Shown here piece after piece: positions 30,476 through 39,552 of a stretch of DNA of 64,000 bases. The position numbers and the translations under genes were made by a program. Each line of letters starts with the position of its first letter. The first letter of the stretch is position 1. Source of the stretch: an uncultured Bacillota bacterium (GTDB lineage Bacteria; Sysuimicrobiota; Sysuimicrobiia; Sysuimicrobiales; Segetimicrobiaceae); NCBI GenBank assembly GCA_963804645.1, contig CAWDRG010000017.1, positions 704,001-768,000 of the forward strand, given 5' to 3'. Under the pieces are notes generated by a model that saw nothing but the letters and a program-made list of their open reading frames with translations, was not told where the DNA came from and ran no database searches.

Positions 30476-31288
30476 TTAGGTGAACTTCGCGATCCCCAAC
30501 GAATACCCGCCGTCGACGAACAGCACCGCGCCGGTCATGTAGCTGGCCTCCGGGCTCGCGAGAAACGCGACGACCGACGCGATCTCCTCGACCCCGCCGG
30601 TCCGGCCGAGGGGGATCCGGTCCATCTGCGCCCGGCGCTGCACCTGCTTCACCGGATCGCTCATGCTCGCCGTTTCGCGCTCCGTCATCACCACGCCGGG
30701 CGCCACCACGCATACGCGAAACCCGTAGGGGGCGAGCTCGATCGCGATCACGCGGGACATCTGGTTGATCGCCGCCTTCGACGCCTGGTACTGGAGGTTG
30801 TTCGGCCGCGCGACCTCGCTGCTCGCCGACGAGATGTTGATGATGACGCCCGGCCGCCCGGCCGCGATCGCTCGCTTCGCGAAGCGCTGCGAGCACAGAA
30901 ACACCCCGCGCACGTTCGTCTCCATCGCCCGATCAAAGTTCTCCACGGTCACGTCGAGAAACGGGGTCGGGACGTTGAAGATCACCGCCGCGTTGTTCAC
31001 TAAGCAATCCGCGTGACCGAACTCGCGGTAGGCCGCGTCGAGCAGGGACTCGACCTCGGACGGAGACCGGACGTCGCACCGCACGCCGATCGCCCGCACG
31101 CCGGTCGACGCGAGCTGCTGGGCGGCCTGGGCCACCTCCGCCTCGAGAATATCGGCGAGCACGACGCTGTAGCCGCGCTCGCCCAGCATGCGGGCGATGC
31201 CGTAGCCGATCCCGCGCGCGGCGCCGGTCACGATCGCGACGCTTCCCGCGGCTGCGTCCGTGGCCTGCGAGTGCTGGGGTGTCGTCAC
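30476..31288 (-). CDS. Classical SDR oxidoreductase
   Basis: TGAARGIG, NNA, NISS, YQASK, PG, PLGR, YMTG..LFVDGG. Confidence 0.93.
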   Translation of the reverse strand: MTTPQHSQATDAAAGSVAIVTGAARGIGYGIARMLGERGYSVVLADILEAEVAQAAQQLASTGVRAIGVRCDVRSPSEVESLLDAAYREFGHADCLVNNAAVIFNVPTPFLDVTVENFDRAMETNVRGVFLCSQRFAKRAIAAGRPGVIINISSASSEVARPNNLQYQASKAAINQMSRVIAIELAPYGFRVCVVAPGVVMTERETASMSDPVKQVQRRAQMDRIPLGRTGGVEEIASVVAFLASPEASYMTGAVLFVDGGYSLGIAKFT

Positions 31289-31395
31289 CGCCGCCTCCTC
31301 ATCACGTCAACGCGTGGGCCGCGAGCCGCCCCGCCGGCGGCGGTCCGCGGGTCCCCGGTCTGGCGCGGCGCGGTCCCGCCGCAGGCTCGAACGAG

Positions 31396-33123
31396 TTACC
31401 AGCCGACGGCGTACGCCATGCGCCGTGGATCGGCGCCTCCGGCCAACACCCCTTCCGACCGGTCCAGGGCGGCCGCGCACACGGCGCCGGCGCCCGGCGC
31501 CCAGGCGGGCCACGCGGCGACCCGGTGGCCCATCGCCCCGAGAGCGTCCCGCACGGCCGGCGCGATGCGCGCCTCCGCGCGAAGCGCTCCGGGGTCGTAG
31601 GGATGCGGGTGTGACGATCCGGGGAAGCTGTAGGACGCGACCCTCGGCGCCTCGATCGCCTCCTGCACGTCCATCCCGTGGTCGAGCAGGTTGACGAGGA
31701 ACTGCACCATCGCCTGCGGCTGGACGTCGAGCCCCGGCGTCCCGTACGGCATGAACACGTGGCCGTCTTTCATGACCAAGCCCGGACTGGGGCTGAGGCG
31801 GGGCCGCTTGCCCGGCGCGATGGCACTCGGGTGCGCAGGATCCGCCCACGACTGGTGACCGCGGCCCGACACGATAAACCCGTACCCCGGCACCAGCGGC
31901 GTCCCGCCGACCCCGTCGCTCGGCGTCGCCGAAAACGCGTTCCCATCCCGGTCGAGGACACACAGGTAGCTGGTGTCCGGGGGCTGCGGTCCGCGGAGGG
32001 GGACCGGGCGTGCCGCCGCCGGCCCACGCGCCGTCGCCTGCTGATACCGCCACGGATCTCCGGGTTCGGGCATGCCCGGGGACGCTCGCGAGGGGTCGAT
32101 CCGATCGCGCCACTCCGCGGCGTACGCCTTCGACAGCAGCCCCTCGATAGGCACCTCGACGAAGCGAGGATCTCCGTAGTAGGCATGCCGGTCGGCAAAC
32201 GCCGCCTTCAGGGCCTCCACGATCAGATGCAGGCTCTCGGCGGAATTGTGGGCCAGGGACTGGAGATCGAAGCCCTCGAGGATGTTGAGCGTCTCCGGAA
32301 CGACCGGGCCCTGGCACCACGGCCCGCACGCGAAGACGTCGAAGCCGCGGTAGCTCGTCCGCACCGGCGGTTCGACCGCCACGTCAAAGCCGGAGAGGTC
32401 GTCGACGTCGAGGAGCCCGCCCATCTCCTGGTTCAGCGACACCATCCGCTGCGCGATCTCCCCGGTGTAGAAGCGGTCCCGCGCCGCCCGCAGGCCGGCG
32501 ACGCGGCTGTGCCCCCGCTCCGCTTCAACCAGCAGGCGCAGCGTACTGCCCACGTCCCGCTGGACCAGCAGCTCTCCCGGGTGCGGCGTGCGGCCCCGGC
32601 TCAGGTAGACCTCGCGGGACGCCGGCCACTGCGCCAGGCGGGCCGCGGCGCTCGCGAGATTGGCCGCGAGAAACCGGTTCACCGGGAATCCTTCCTCGGC
32701 GAGCTCGATCGCAGGCGCGGCCACGGCTCCCAGGGGCATCGTGCCGTACTCCGCGAGCGCCCGCAGCCACGCGCCGATCGCCGCCGGCATCACGGTGGTG
32801 AGAATCCCCCCGGACAGGTCGGCGCGCCGCTTTGTGAGCTCCTCGATCGTCGCGGCCTTCGGCCACCAGCCGAGCCCGCTGATCGTCACGACGACCCGGC
32901 TTTGCGCCGTCCGGAGAATGATGGGCGCCACGCCGCCGATGTTCGTCAGATCCGGCTGCACGACGTTGAGACACAATCCGGTCGCGACGCCCGCGTCGAC
33001 GACGTTGCCGCCCATCTCGAGGACACGCGCCCCCGCCATGCTCGCCAAATAGTGTCCCGACGTCACCACGTACTTGCGGCTGAGCACGGGCGGACGCGTG
33101 GTGGGAAGCGCATCGAACTCCAT
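31396..33123 (-). CDS. Gamma-glutamyltransferase family Ntn hydrolase (no signal peptide)
   Basis: GGNVVDA, APAIELAEEGFPV, AFADR..YYGDP, DTSY...DRDGN (Thr nucleophile), PGKRP, GTPG, GGADPRR. Confidence 0.92.
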   Translation of the reverse strand: MEFDALPTTRPPVLSRKYVVTSGHYLASMAGARVLEMGGNVVDAGVATGLCLNVVQPDLTNIGGVAPIILRTAQSRVVVTISGLGWWPKAATIEELTKRRADLSGGILTTVMPAAIGAWLRALAEYGTMPLGAVAAPAIELAEEGFPVNRFLAANLASAAARLAQWPASREVYLSRGRTPHPGELLVQRDVGSTLRLLVEAERGHSRVAGLRAARDRFYTGEIAQRMVSLNQEMGGLLDVDDLSGFDVAVEPPVRTSYRGFDVFACGPWCQGPVVPETLNILEGFDLQSLAHNSAESLHLIVEALKAAFADRHAYYGDPRFVEVPIEGLLSKAYAAEWRDRIDPSRASPGMPEPGDPWRYQQATARGPAAARPVPLRGPQPPDTSYLCVLDRDGNAFSATPSDGVGGTPLVPGYGFIVSGRGHQSWADPAHPSAIAPGKRPRLSPSPGLVMKDGHVFMPYGTPGLDVQPQAMVQFLVNLLDHGMDVQEAIEAPRVASYSFPGSSHPHPYDPGALRAEARIAPAVRDALGAMGHRVAAWPAWAPGAGAVCAAALDRSEGVLAGGADPRRMAYAVGW

Positions 33124-33192
33124 CGGGCGTACCCCCCAGTTCAAGTTGCGACACGTCATGGCGGCGGGCGAGGCGCCGCCAGACTAGACGGT

Positions 33193-33222
33193 GCCGGGGG
33201 CGCACGCGGGTGCGCCCCCGGC
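33193..33222. terminator. 13-bp perfect hairpin after the SBP gene (mRNA stabiliser or attenuator)
   Basis: GCCGGGGGCGCAC-gcgg-GTGCGCCCCCGGC; no U-tract. Confidence 0.55.
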
Positions 33223-33256
33223 CCTCAGGCGTGCATCGGTCCGAGCCCGCGAGGCG

Positions 33257-34858
33257 TTACTTGAGCGACACCAGATCCAGCCGCCACAGCCCGGTGACGG
33301 GAAACTGCACGAACCCGTCGACGTTCGCGCGGGCCGCGCGCACGAGCTGCAGGTTGTTGACAAAGATCCACGGCGCGTCGTCGTGCGTGATCGCGTTGAT
33401 CTCCTTGTACATCTCGGCCCGGCGCGCCTGATCGGTGATGGAGCGCGCCTGCGCGAACAGCTGGCTCACCACCGGATTGTGGTACCGGCCGTAGTTCGAC
33501 CCGGCAAACGCGTGCGACGCCTCGTTGTAATCAAACCGCACGCTCAGCATGTTGTCGGGGTCGCCGTTGTCCCCCGACCCACCGAACAGCGCCATCCCCT
33601 GCCAGGGGGTGTGGCGGATCTTGTCCAGGTACGCGCCGAACTCGAACTGCTGAATCCGGACGGTGACGCCCACCTTCGCGAGGTACGGCTGCACGGCTTC
33701 CGCCAGCTTGTCGCCGCCCGCCGGATTGTACGACCGCGCGCTGGAATACGTGAGCAGGTCCGTCGTGAACCCGTTCGGGTAGCCCGCCTCGGCGAGCAGC
33801 TTCTTCGCCATGTCGGGATCGTACGGGTACGGCTTCACCGCCGGGTTGTACGCCCAGTACGGGGCGGACACGGCCTGGCTCGAGGTGGCCGCGCCGGCGT
33901 AGAGCCCCTTGTTGATCGCGTCCTTGTCCACCGCGTAGTTCATCGCCTTCCGAACCCGCACGTCGTTGAACGGCGCGGCGTCGACCGCCATCCCGACTCC
34001 GAGCGTCAGCAGCGCCGGTGCCCGCATCAGCTTCAAGGCCTTGTTCCCGCTGATCCGGTCGTAGTCCGAGGGGAGCACATCGAGCACGATCTGGACCTGA
34101 TTGCGCTCGAGCGCCAGCAACCGCGTCGTGCTCTCGGGGATGATCTGAAACACCACCCGATCCATCTTCGGGCGCCCGCGCCAGTACGTCGGGTTTGCCG
34201 CCAGGGTCACGTGGTCCGACGGCGCCATCTCGACAAACTTGAACGGACCGGTCCCGACCGGATGATTGGCCATATCGCAGCCGTACTGCTTGGTCACCGC
34301 CGGGCTCATGATGCCGGACGAGACCATCGCCAGGCTCGCGAGGAACCCCGCGTTCGGCACCGGCAGCGTGAACCGCACCGTCGACGCATCAACCGCCTCG
34401 ATCTTCGCGGCCGTCCCGGCCGCCACCGATCCGAATGTGAAACCGTCAAACGACGCCACGCCTTTCAACCCCGGCACGTAGCAGGGATTCTGCGGGTTAA
34501 CCGCGCGATCAAGGTCCGCGGCGACCGCCTGCGCGGTCACCGGCGTGCCGTCCTGGAACGTCACCCCGCTGCGCAGCTTGAACGTGTACGTCTTGCCGTC
34601 CGGCGAGATCGTCCAGCTCTCCGCGAGCCCGGGCGCCGGAACGGTCGACCCCAGCTTGTAGCTGACCGGCGAGTCGTAGATGGAAGATTCGATATACCAC
34701 GATTCGTTGTCCAGGTTCGTCTGCGGATCCAACCCGGTCGGGTCCCCCTGCAGCGCCACGACAAGGGTCTTCGGCGCCTGGGCGTCCGCCAGACTCCACA
34801 ACCCGGCGGCGAACACAACCATGAGCATGATAATCAGACCTCGATGGAACATGCGCAT
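33257..34858 (-). CDS. ABC transporter substrate-binding protein, family 5 (DppA-like)
   Basis: Signal peptide ...ADA-Q, PGLAESWTISPDG, HPVGTGPFKF, VRKAMNYAVD, YDPDMAKKLLAEAGY. Confidence 0.94.
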   Translation of the reverse strand: MRMFHRGLIIMLMVVFAAGLWSLADAQAPKTLVVALQGDPTGLDPQTNLDNESWYIESSIYDSPVSYKLGSTVPAPGLAESWTISPDGKTYTFKLRSGVTFQDGTPVTAQAVAADLDRAVNPQNPCYVPGLKGVASFDGFTFGSVAAGTAAKIEAVDASTVRFTLPVPNAGFLASLAMVSSGIMSPAVTKQYGCDMANHPVGTGPFKFVEMAPSDHVTLAANPTYWRGRPKMDRVVFQIIPESTTRLLALERNQVQIVLDVLPSDYDRISGNKALKLMRAPALLTLGVGMAVDAAPFNDVRVRKAMNYAVDKDAINKGLYAGAATSSQAVSAPYWAYNPAVKPYPYDPDMAKKLLAEAGYPNGFTTDLLTYSSARSYNPAGGDKLAEAVQPYLAKVGVTVRIQQFEFGAYLDKIRHTPWQGMALFGGSGDNGDPDNMLSVRFDYNEASHAFAGSNYGRYHNPVVSQLFAQARSITDQARRAEMYKEINAITHDDAPWIFVNNLQLVRAARANVDGFVQFPVTGLWRLDLVSLK

Positions 34859-34924
34859 CGTTCGTTGTTCCTCCCTCTGTTGGCCTCAGATGGTCGGGCG
34901 AGATGTGCGGTGTGTGTTCTACGC

Positions 34925-34951
34925 GTTCGGTACGCGGGCTCGGTCTCCTGC
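34925..34951 (-). promoter_or_regulatory. Putative sigmaH-like promoter GCAGGA-N17-GAAC
   Basis: About 65 bp upstream of the SBP start, in the fixX-SBP gap. Confidence 0.45.
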
Positions 34952-34979
34952 CCCCGGCGCCCATCCGGGCGCGGGGCGC

Positions 34980-35264
34980 CTACCCGTTCTGCCACTCGAT
35001 TCCGAACCCGCCGCGCGGCAGCCGCCAGTCGATGTTGCGGTAGGGGCAACCCAGCACGCATGTCGTGCACTCGATGCAGTTCTCGAAGGACACGGCGATC
35101 TTCTCGCCGTCCCACGCGTACACGTTGGCGGGGCAAAAGGTCGTGCAGGGGCGCTTCCACTCCCCGCCGCACCGGTCGAGGCACGTGTCCGCGCGCGTGA
35201 TCGAGATATGGCTCTGCTTGTCGTGCTTCCAGTGCAGCGTGTAGAGCTTCTCCTCGATCTTCAT
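34980..35264 (-). CDS. fixX: Ferredoxin-like protein FixX
   Basis: SHI...C...C....C..FCPANVY, CIECTTC...C, IDWRLPRGGFGI. ATGA overlap with fixC. Confidence 0.92.
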   Translation of the reverse strand: MKIEEKLYTLHWKHDKQSHISITRADTCLDRCGGEWKRPCTTFCPANVYAWDGEKIAVSFENCIECTTCVLGCPYRNIDWRLPRGGFGIEWQNG

Positions 35265-36568
35265 CGCATCGCCCTCCACCCGTCGATCGCGTCGTGCAGC
35301 AGCTGCCACCACGGCCGGCGTGCGAGCACGCGCCGGAGGATCCGCCGCTGCTTCTCGCGCTTGCTGGTCCCGTCGACCGTCAGCATCTCCTGCACCGCTT
35401 CATTCAGGATCGCCGGGTAGAGCTCGAGCAGCTCCGGCCGCCGCTCCGCCAGCTCCGGGAGGCGTTCGTACTTGCGCAGATCTTGCAGCACGAACGACGC
35501 CTCGAGGAGGTCCCGGTAGGTCGACAGCGTCCGCGCCGACCAGTCGCCCGCCCGCTTCGCCTGGATCGCGGTCTCGCCCGCCATGCGGCCGGCCGCCATC
35601 GCGAGGTTGCTGCCTTCGCGGTGGAGGTTGTTGACCATCATCGCCGCGTCGCCCACGACGAGCACGCCGTCGCCGTACAGCCGGGGCATCGCGCGGAACC
35701 CGCCCTCCGGGATCGCGTGGCCGAGGTACTCGCGGACCTCGCCGCCGCGCAGCAGCGGGGCGACGAGCGGGTGCGTCTTGAACCCCTCAAGCAGATCCCA
35801 GGGGGTGATGCGCGTTTGGGCGAAGTGCGCGATCAAGGCACCGATCCCCACGGACAGCGACTCTTTGTTGGTGTAGACGAACCCGTACCCCGCCATGCCG
35901 CGCGTGACCGAGCCGTAGACCTCGATCGTCGCCCCGTGTCCCGGCTCCAGGTTGAAGCGCTCCTCGATCGTGCCCGCCGGCAGCGCGATGATCTCCTTGA
36001 CGACGAGCGCCATCTCGGTCGCCTCGAGCGGCCGCGACAGCCCCGCCTTCTGCACCAGGAACGAGTTGGCGCCGTCGGCGATGACGACGAGCGACGCCCG
36101 CAGGTCGCCGTCCTCGCGCCCCGTGCGCACGCCCACGACGCGCCCCTGCTCCTGGATCAGATCCACGACGGTGGTGCCGGGAACGAGCAGCACCCCCGCG
36201 GCCTCGGCCTGCGCGGCAAACCACGCGTCGAACGGCACGCGCAGCACCGTGAACGCGTTCGGCGGATCGGCGGAGGCCGCGTGGGGCACGTGCCGCTGGC
36301 CGAGCGTGACGGCGCTGTCGGGGGTGGTCATCCACACGCGCTCGTCCGTGACGACGCGTTCGATCGGGGCCTCGGGCCAGCTGTCGGGCACCACGTCGGC
36401 CAGCATCCGGCCGTACATGACGCCGCCCATCACGTTCTTCTGGCCGGGCCGCTCCGCGCGCTCGAACAGCACGACGCTCAGCCCGGCCCGCGCCATCGTC
36501 AGCGCGGCCGACGTGCCGCCGGGGCCGGCCCCGACGACGATCGCGTCGAACTGCTCGTCGGAACCCAT
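35261..36568 (-). CDS. fixC: ETF:quinone oxidoreductase FixC
   Basis: FDAIVVGAGPGG, PGQKNVMGG, FTVLR..FD.W, GFVYTNKESLSVG, IPEGG, GDAA, EGSNLA. Confidence 0.92.
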   Translation of the reverse strand: MGSDEQFDAIVVGAGPGGTSAALTMARAGLSVVLFERAERPGQKNVMGGVMYGRMLADVVPDSWPEAPIERVVTDERVWMTTPDSAVTLGQRHVPHAASADPPNAFTVLRVPFDAWFAAQAEAAGVLLVPGTTVVDLIQEQGRVVGVRTGREDGDLRASLVVIADGANSFLVQKAGLSRPLEATEMALVVKEIIALPAGTIEERFNLEPGHGATIEVYGSVTRGMAGYGFVYTNKESLSVGIGALIAHFAQTRITPWDLLEGFKTHPLVAPLLRGGEVREYLGHAIPEGGFRAMPRLYGDGVLVVGDAAMMVNNLHREGSNLAMAAGRMAGETAIQAKRAGDWSARTLSTYRDLLEASFVLQDLRKYERLPELAERRPELLELYPAILNEAVQEMLTVDGTSKREKQRRILRRVLARRPWWQLLHDAIDGWRAMR

Positions 36569-36579
36569 GTCGCTGGTTT

Positions 36580-38013
36580 CTACTTGAGCGCCAGGACCGC
36601 CTGCTGCACGAAGTCCCAGAACCCTCCCGGGAGGATCCCGAGCCAGAGCACCCCGACCGCGGCGAGGGCGAGCGCGACGCCGACCGGGAAGTTCGCCCGC
36701 ACCGTGACCCCCTCGGGGGTCCCGGGGCTCAGCGCGACGTAGGCGACGCGGAAGTAGTAGTACACGGAGACCACGCTCGTAAGCACCGCGACGATCGCGA
36801 GCGCCGTCTGCCCGCCGGCCAGTGCCGCCCGGAACAGATACAGCTTGCCGAGGAAGCCGCCGGTGGGCGGGAGCCCGGCGAGCGAGAGCATGCACAGCAC
36901 GAGCACCCCGCCGGCCCAGGGCGCGCGCCAGAACAGCCCCGCGAGGTCCTCGAGCCGGTCCGCCTCCTCGCCGCGGCGCTCGAGCAGCACCACCACTCCG
37001 AACGCGCCCAGGTTCATCACCGTGTACACGAGGAGGTAGTACAGCACGGCCGGGACGCCGACGGCGGCGGGCGCAGCGATCCCGATGAGCAGGTAGCCCG
37101 CGTGCGCGATGCCGGAGTACGCCAGGAGGCGCTTGAGGTTGGTCTGGAACAGCGCGGCCAAGTTGCCGAGGATCAGCGTCGCGATCGCGATCGCCGCGAG
37201 CACCGGCACCCACGTGGCGGCGAGCTGCGGCAGCGCGAGCGGAAACACGCGCAGGAGGCCGCCGAACGCCCCGACCTTCGCGACCACGGACATGAACGCC
37301 GTGGCCGGGAGCGGTGCGCCCTCGTAGACGTCGGGCGCCCACGCGTGAAACGGCACCAGCGCCGCTTCAAACCCGAGCCCGATCGTCAGGAGCGCGATGC
37401 CGACCCCGAGCAGCGGCGACAGCGGGGCCTGCCCGATCTGCGCGAGGTCGAGCGTGCCGGTCGCGCCGTAGATCAGCGCGATCCCGTACACGAAGAACGC
37501 GGTCGCAAACGCTCCCAGCAGCAGGTACTTCAGCCCCGCTTCCTGCGAGCGCGGGCTGCGCGCCGCCAGGCCCGCGAGCGTGTACAGCGGGAAGCTCAGG
37601 ATCTCGAGGCCGAGGAACAGGACGACGAGGTTGCGGCTCGCCCCCATGAGAATCGCGCCCGCGGCGGAGAACAGGACGAGCGCGTAGTACTCGCCCTGCG
37701 GCAGGTGGAACCGCCGGAGATAACCCGGGGCGAGCAGCACCGCGAGCCCCGCACCGACCAGCGCGGCGAGCGTAATCGCCTGCGTCAGGTGGTCGCGCAC
37801 GTACATGCCCCCGAACGCGACCGGATCCGCCGGCAGCCCCACGTTGAGGGCCAGCGCGACGCACACGCCGATGAGAGCCAGCCACGTTGTGGCCGGGCCG
37901 CGCGGCGCCTCGAGCCGCGGTCCGGTCGCCCACGTATCGGCCAGCAGGACCACGAACGCGGTTGCGACGAGCGCGAGCTCCGGTCCGATGTGCGCGAGAT
38001 CTCCCCAGGGCAT
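36580..38013 (-). CDS. nuoN: NADH-quinone oxidoreductase subunit N
   Basis: Multi-TM; EAGLKYLLLG, PFHAWAPDVYEGAP, KRLLAYSGIAHAGY. Confidence 0.95.
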   Translation of the reverse strand: MPWGDLAHIGPELALVATAFVVLLADTWATGPRLEAPRGPATTWLALIGVCVALALNVGLPADPVAFGGMYVRDHLTQAITLAALVGAGLAVLLAPGYLRRFHLPQGEYYALVLFSAAGAILMGASRNLVVLFLGLEILSFPLYTLAGLAARSPRSQEAGLKYLLLGAFATAFFVYGIALIYGATGTLDLAQIGQAPLSPLLGVGIALLTIGLGFEAALVPFHAWAPDVYEGAPLPATAFMSVVAKVGAFGGLLRVFPLALPQLAATWVPVLAAIAIATLILGNLAALFQTNLKRLLAYSGIAHAGYLLIGIAAPAAVGVPAVLYYLLVYTVMNLGAFGVVVLLERRGEEADRLEDLAGLFWRAPWAGGVLVLCMLSLAGLPPTGGFLGKLYLFRAALAGGQTALAIVAVLTSVVSVYYYFRVAYVALSPGTPEGVTVRANFPVGVALALAAVGVLWLGILPGGFWDFVQQAVLALK

Positions 38014-39552
38014 CTAGCGCGCCGCCTGTCCCGCGGGCCGGTCGGCCCGCGCCACCGCGTGCGCCGGCTGCGCGGACGCCGTCACCCGGCTCAGCAGGGC
38101 GTTGACCGTGGCCGCGCTCCGATCGAGAAACGGCTGCGGGAAGAAGCCGACCCAGAAGATCGCCGCGATGATCGGGATGAACAGCAGCAGTTCGCGTGGG
38201 CGCAGGTCGGGCATGCCGCGCAGGTCTTCCCGCACCGGCCCGTGGAACACCCGGCCGACGAACCCGAGCAGATACGCCACCGCAGCGACGACGCCGAGGG
38301 TCGCCAGCACCGCCGCCTCGGGCCGCGCCTGGAACGTCCCGAGCAAAATCAGAAACTCCCCGATGAACCCGTTCGTGCCCGGCAGCGCGAGGGAGGAAAG
38401 CACGACGATCATCGCCACCGCGGCGAGCGCCGGCACGAGCGCGGCGATGCCGCCGTACTCCTGCGTGCGCGCGCGGCCGGTCCGCTCGATGAGCATACCC
38501 GCGAGCAGAAAGAGCGCGCCCGTGCTCACGCCGTGATTGATCATCTGGATCAGGCTGCCCTGCACGGCGGTCGCGTCGAGCGCGAAGATCCCGAGCAGGA
38601 TGAACCCCATGTGGCTCATGCTGCCGTATGCGAGCAGCCGGCGCATGTCGCCCTGGGCCCACGCCACGCTTCCGCCGTAGAGGATCCCGACGATGGCCAG
38701 CCCGGAGAGCAGCGGCCCGAACGCGCGCGACGCCTCCGGGAACAGCGGCAGGCAGAATCGCAGGAGCCCGTAGGCCCCCGCCTTCGCCATGAGCCCCGCC
38801 AGCAGCACGGTCACGACCGCCGGCGCCTCCGCGTACGCGTCGGGCAGCCAGCTGTGCAGCGGCCAGACGGGCATCTTGATCGCAAACGCGACCGCGAACG
38901 CCAGGAACAGGACCGTCTCGGCGGTGCCGGTCAGCCCGAGCGGATGGGAGAGAAGCGTCGGCAGATCGAACGTCGAGCCGCCGGGTTGGTGCGCGGACTG
39001 GAGGTAGACCGCGATGATCGCCAGCAGCATGAGCACACTGCCCGCCATCGTGTACAGGAAGAACTTGATCGCCGCCGGAGAGCGCCGCGGACCGCCCCAG
39101 AGCGCGATCAAGAAGTACATCGGAACGAGCATCGCCTCCCAGAACACGTAGAACAGCACGAGGTCCTGCGCCATGAACGTCCCGAGCAGGCCGGCCTCGA
39201 GCAGCAGCAGCATCACGACAAACGCCTTCGGGCGCTCCCGCACTTGGGTGCCCGCGGCCACGAGCGCGATCGGGAACAGGAACGCGACGAGCGCCACAAG
39301 GCTCACCGACAGGCCGTCTACGCCGAGGTGGTAGCCGAGGCCGAGCGACGAAACCCATGCCGCGCGCTCCTCGAACTGCAGCGCGGCGCTGCCCGGCGCG
39401 AAGTGCGCCCAGACCCACGCCGCCGCCGCAAACACCGCGAGCATCGCGGTCAGCGCGGCGGCGCGCGCGCCGCGCTCGCTGAGGGCGCTCGCCGCCACGA
39501 CCGCCCCGAGGAGCGGCAGCGCGATGAGGAGCGTCAGCGGACCCGGCGTCAC
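38014..39552 (-). CDS. nuoM: NADH-quinone oxidoreductase subunit M
   Basis: FYVFWE, KFFLYT, KMPVWPLHSWLPDAY.EAP, LPGTNGFIGEF. Confidence 0.95.
   Translation of the reverse strand: MTPGPLTLLIALPLLGAVVAASALSERGARAAALTAMLAVFAAAAWVWAHFAPGSAALQFEERAAWVSSLGLGYHLGVDGLSVSLVALVAFLFPIALVAAGTQVRERPKAFVVMLLLLEAGLLGTFMAQDLVLFYVFWEAMLVPMYFLIALWGGPRRSPAAIKFFLYTMAGSVLMLLAIIAVYLQSAHQPGGSTFDLPTLLSHPLGLTGTAETVLFLAFAVAFAIKMPVWPLHSWLPDAYAEAPAVVTVLLAGLMAKAGAYGLLRFCLPLFPEASRAFGPLLSGLAIVGILYGGSVAWAQGDMRRLLAYGSMSHMGFILLGIFALDATAVQGSLIQMINHGVSTGALFLLAGMLIERTGRARTQEYGGIAALVPALAAVAMIVVLSSLALPGTNGFIGEFLILLGTFQARPEAAVLATLGVVAAVAYLLGFVGRVFHGPVREDLRGMPDLRPRELLLFIPIIAAIFWVGFFPQPFLDRSAATVNALLSRVTASAQPAHAVARADRPAGQAAR

Larger units (their letters stand above)
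27159..30476 (+). mobile_element. Decayed IS630-family element carrying cargo
   Basis: Left end ATGAATCTCGCATAGTATAGT vs reverse complement of right end ATGAGTCTCGTATAATACAGT (17/21 identical). Flanking TA at 27157-58 and 30477-78. Transposase HTH half at left, DDE half at right. Confidence 0.85.

Noticed and set aside
30038..31003. 321-aa transposase fusion ORF
   Set aside because: Read-through of the decayed transposase past the inverted repeat into the SDR antisense strand.
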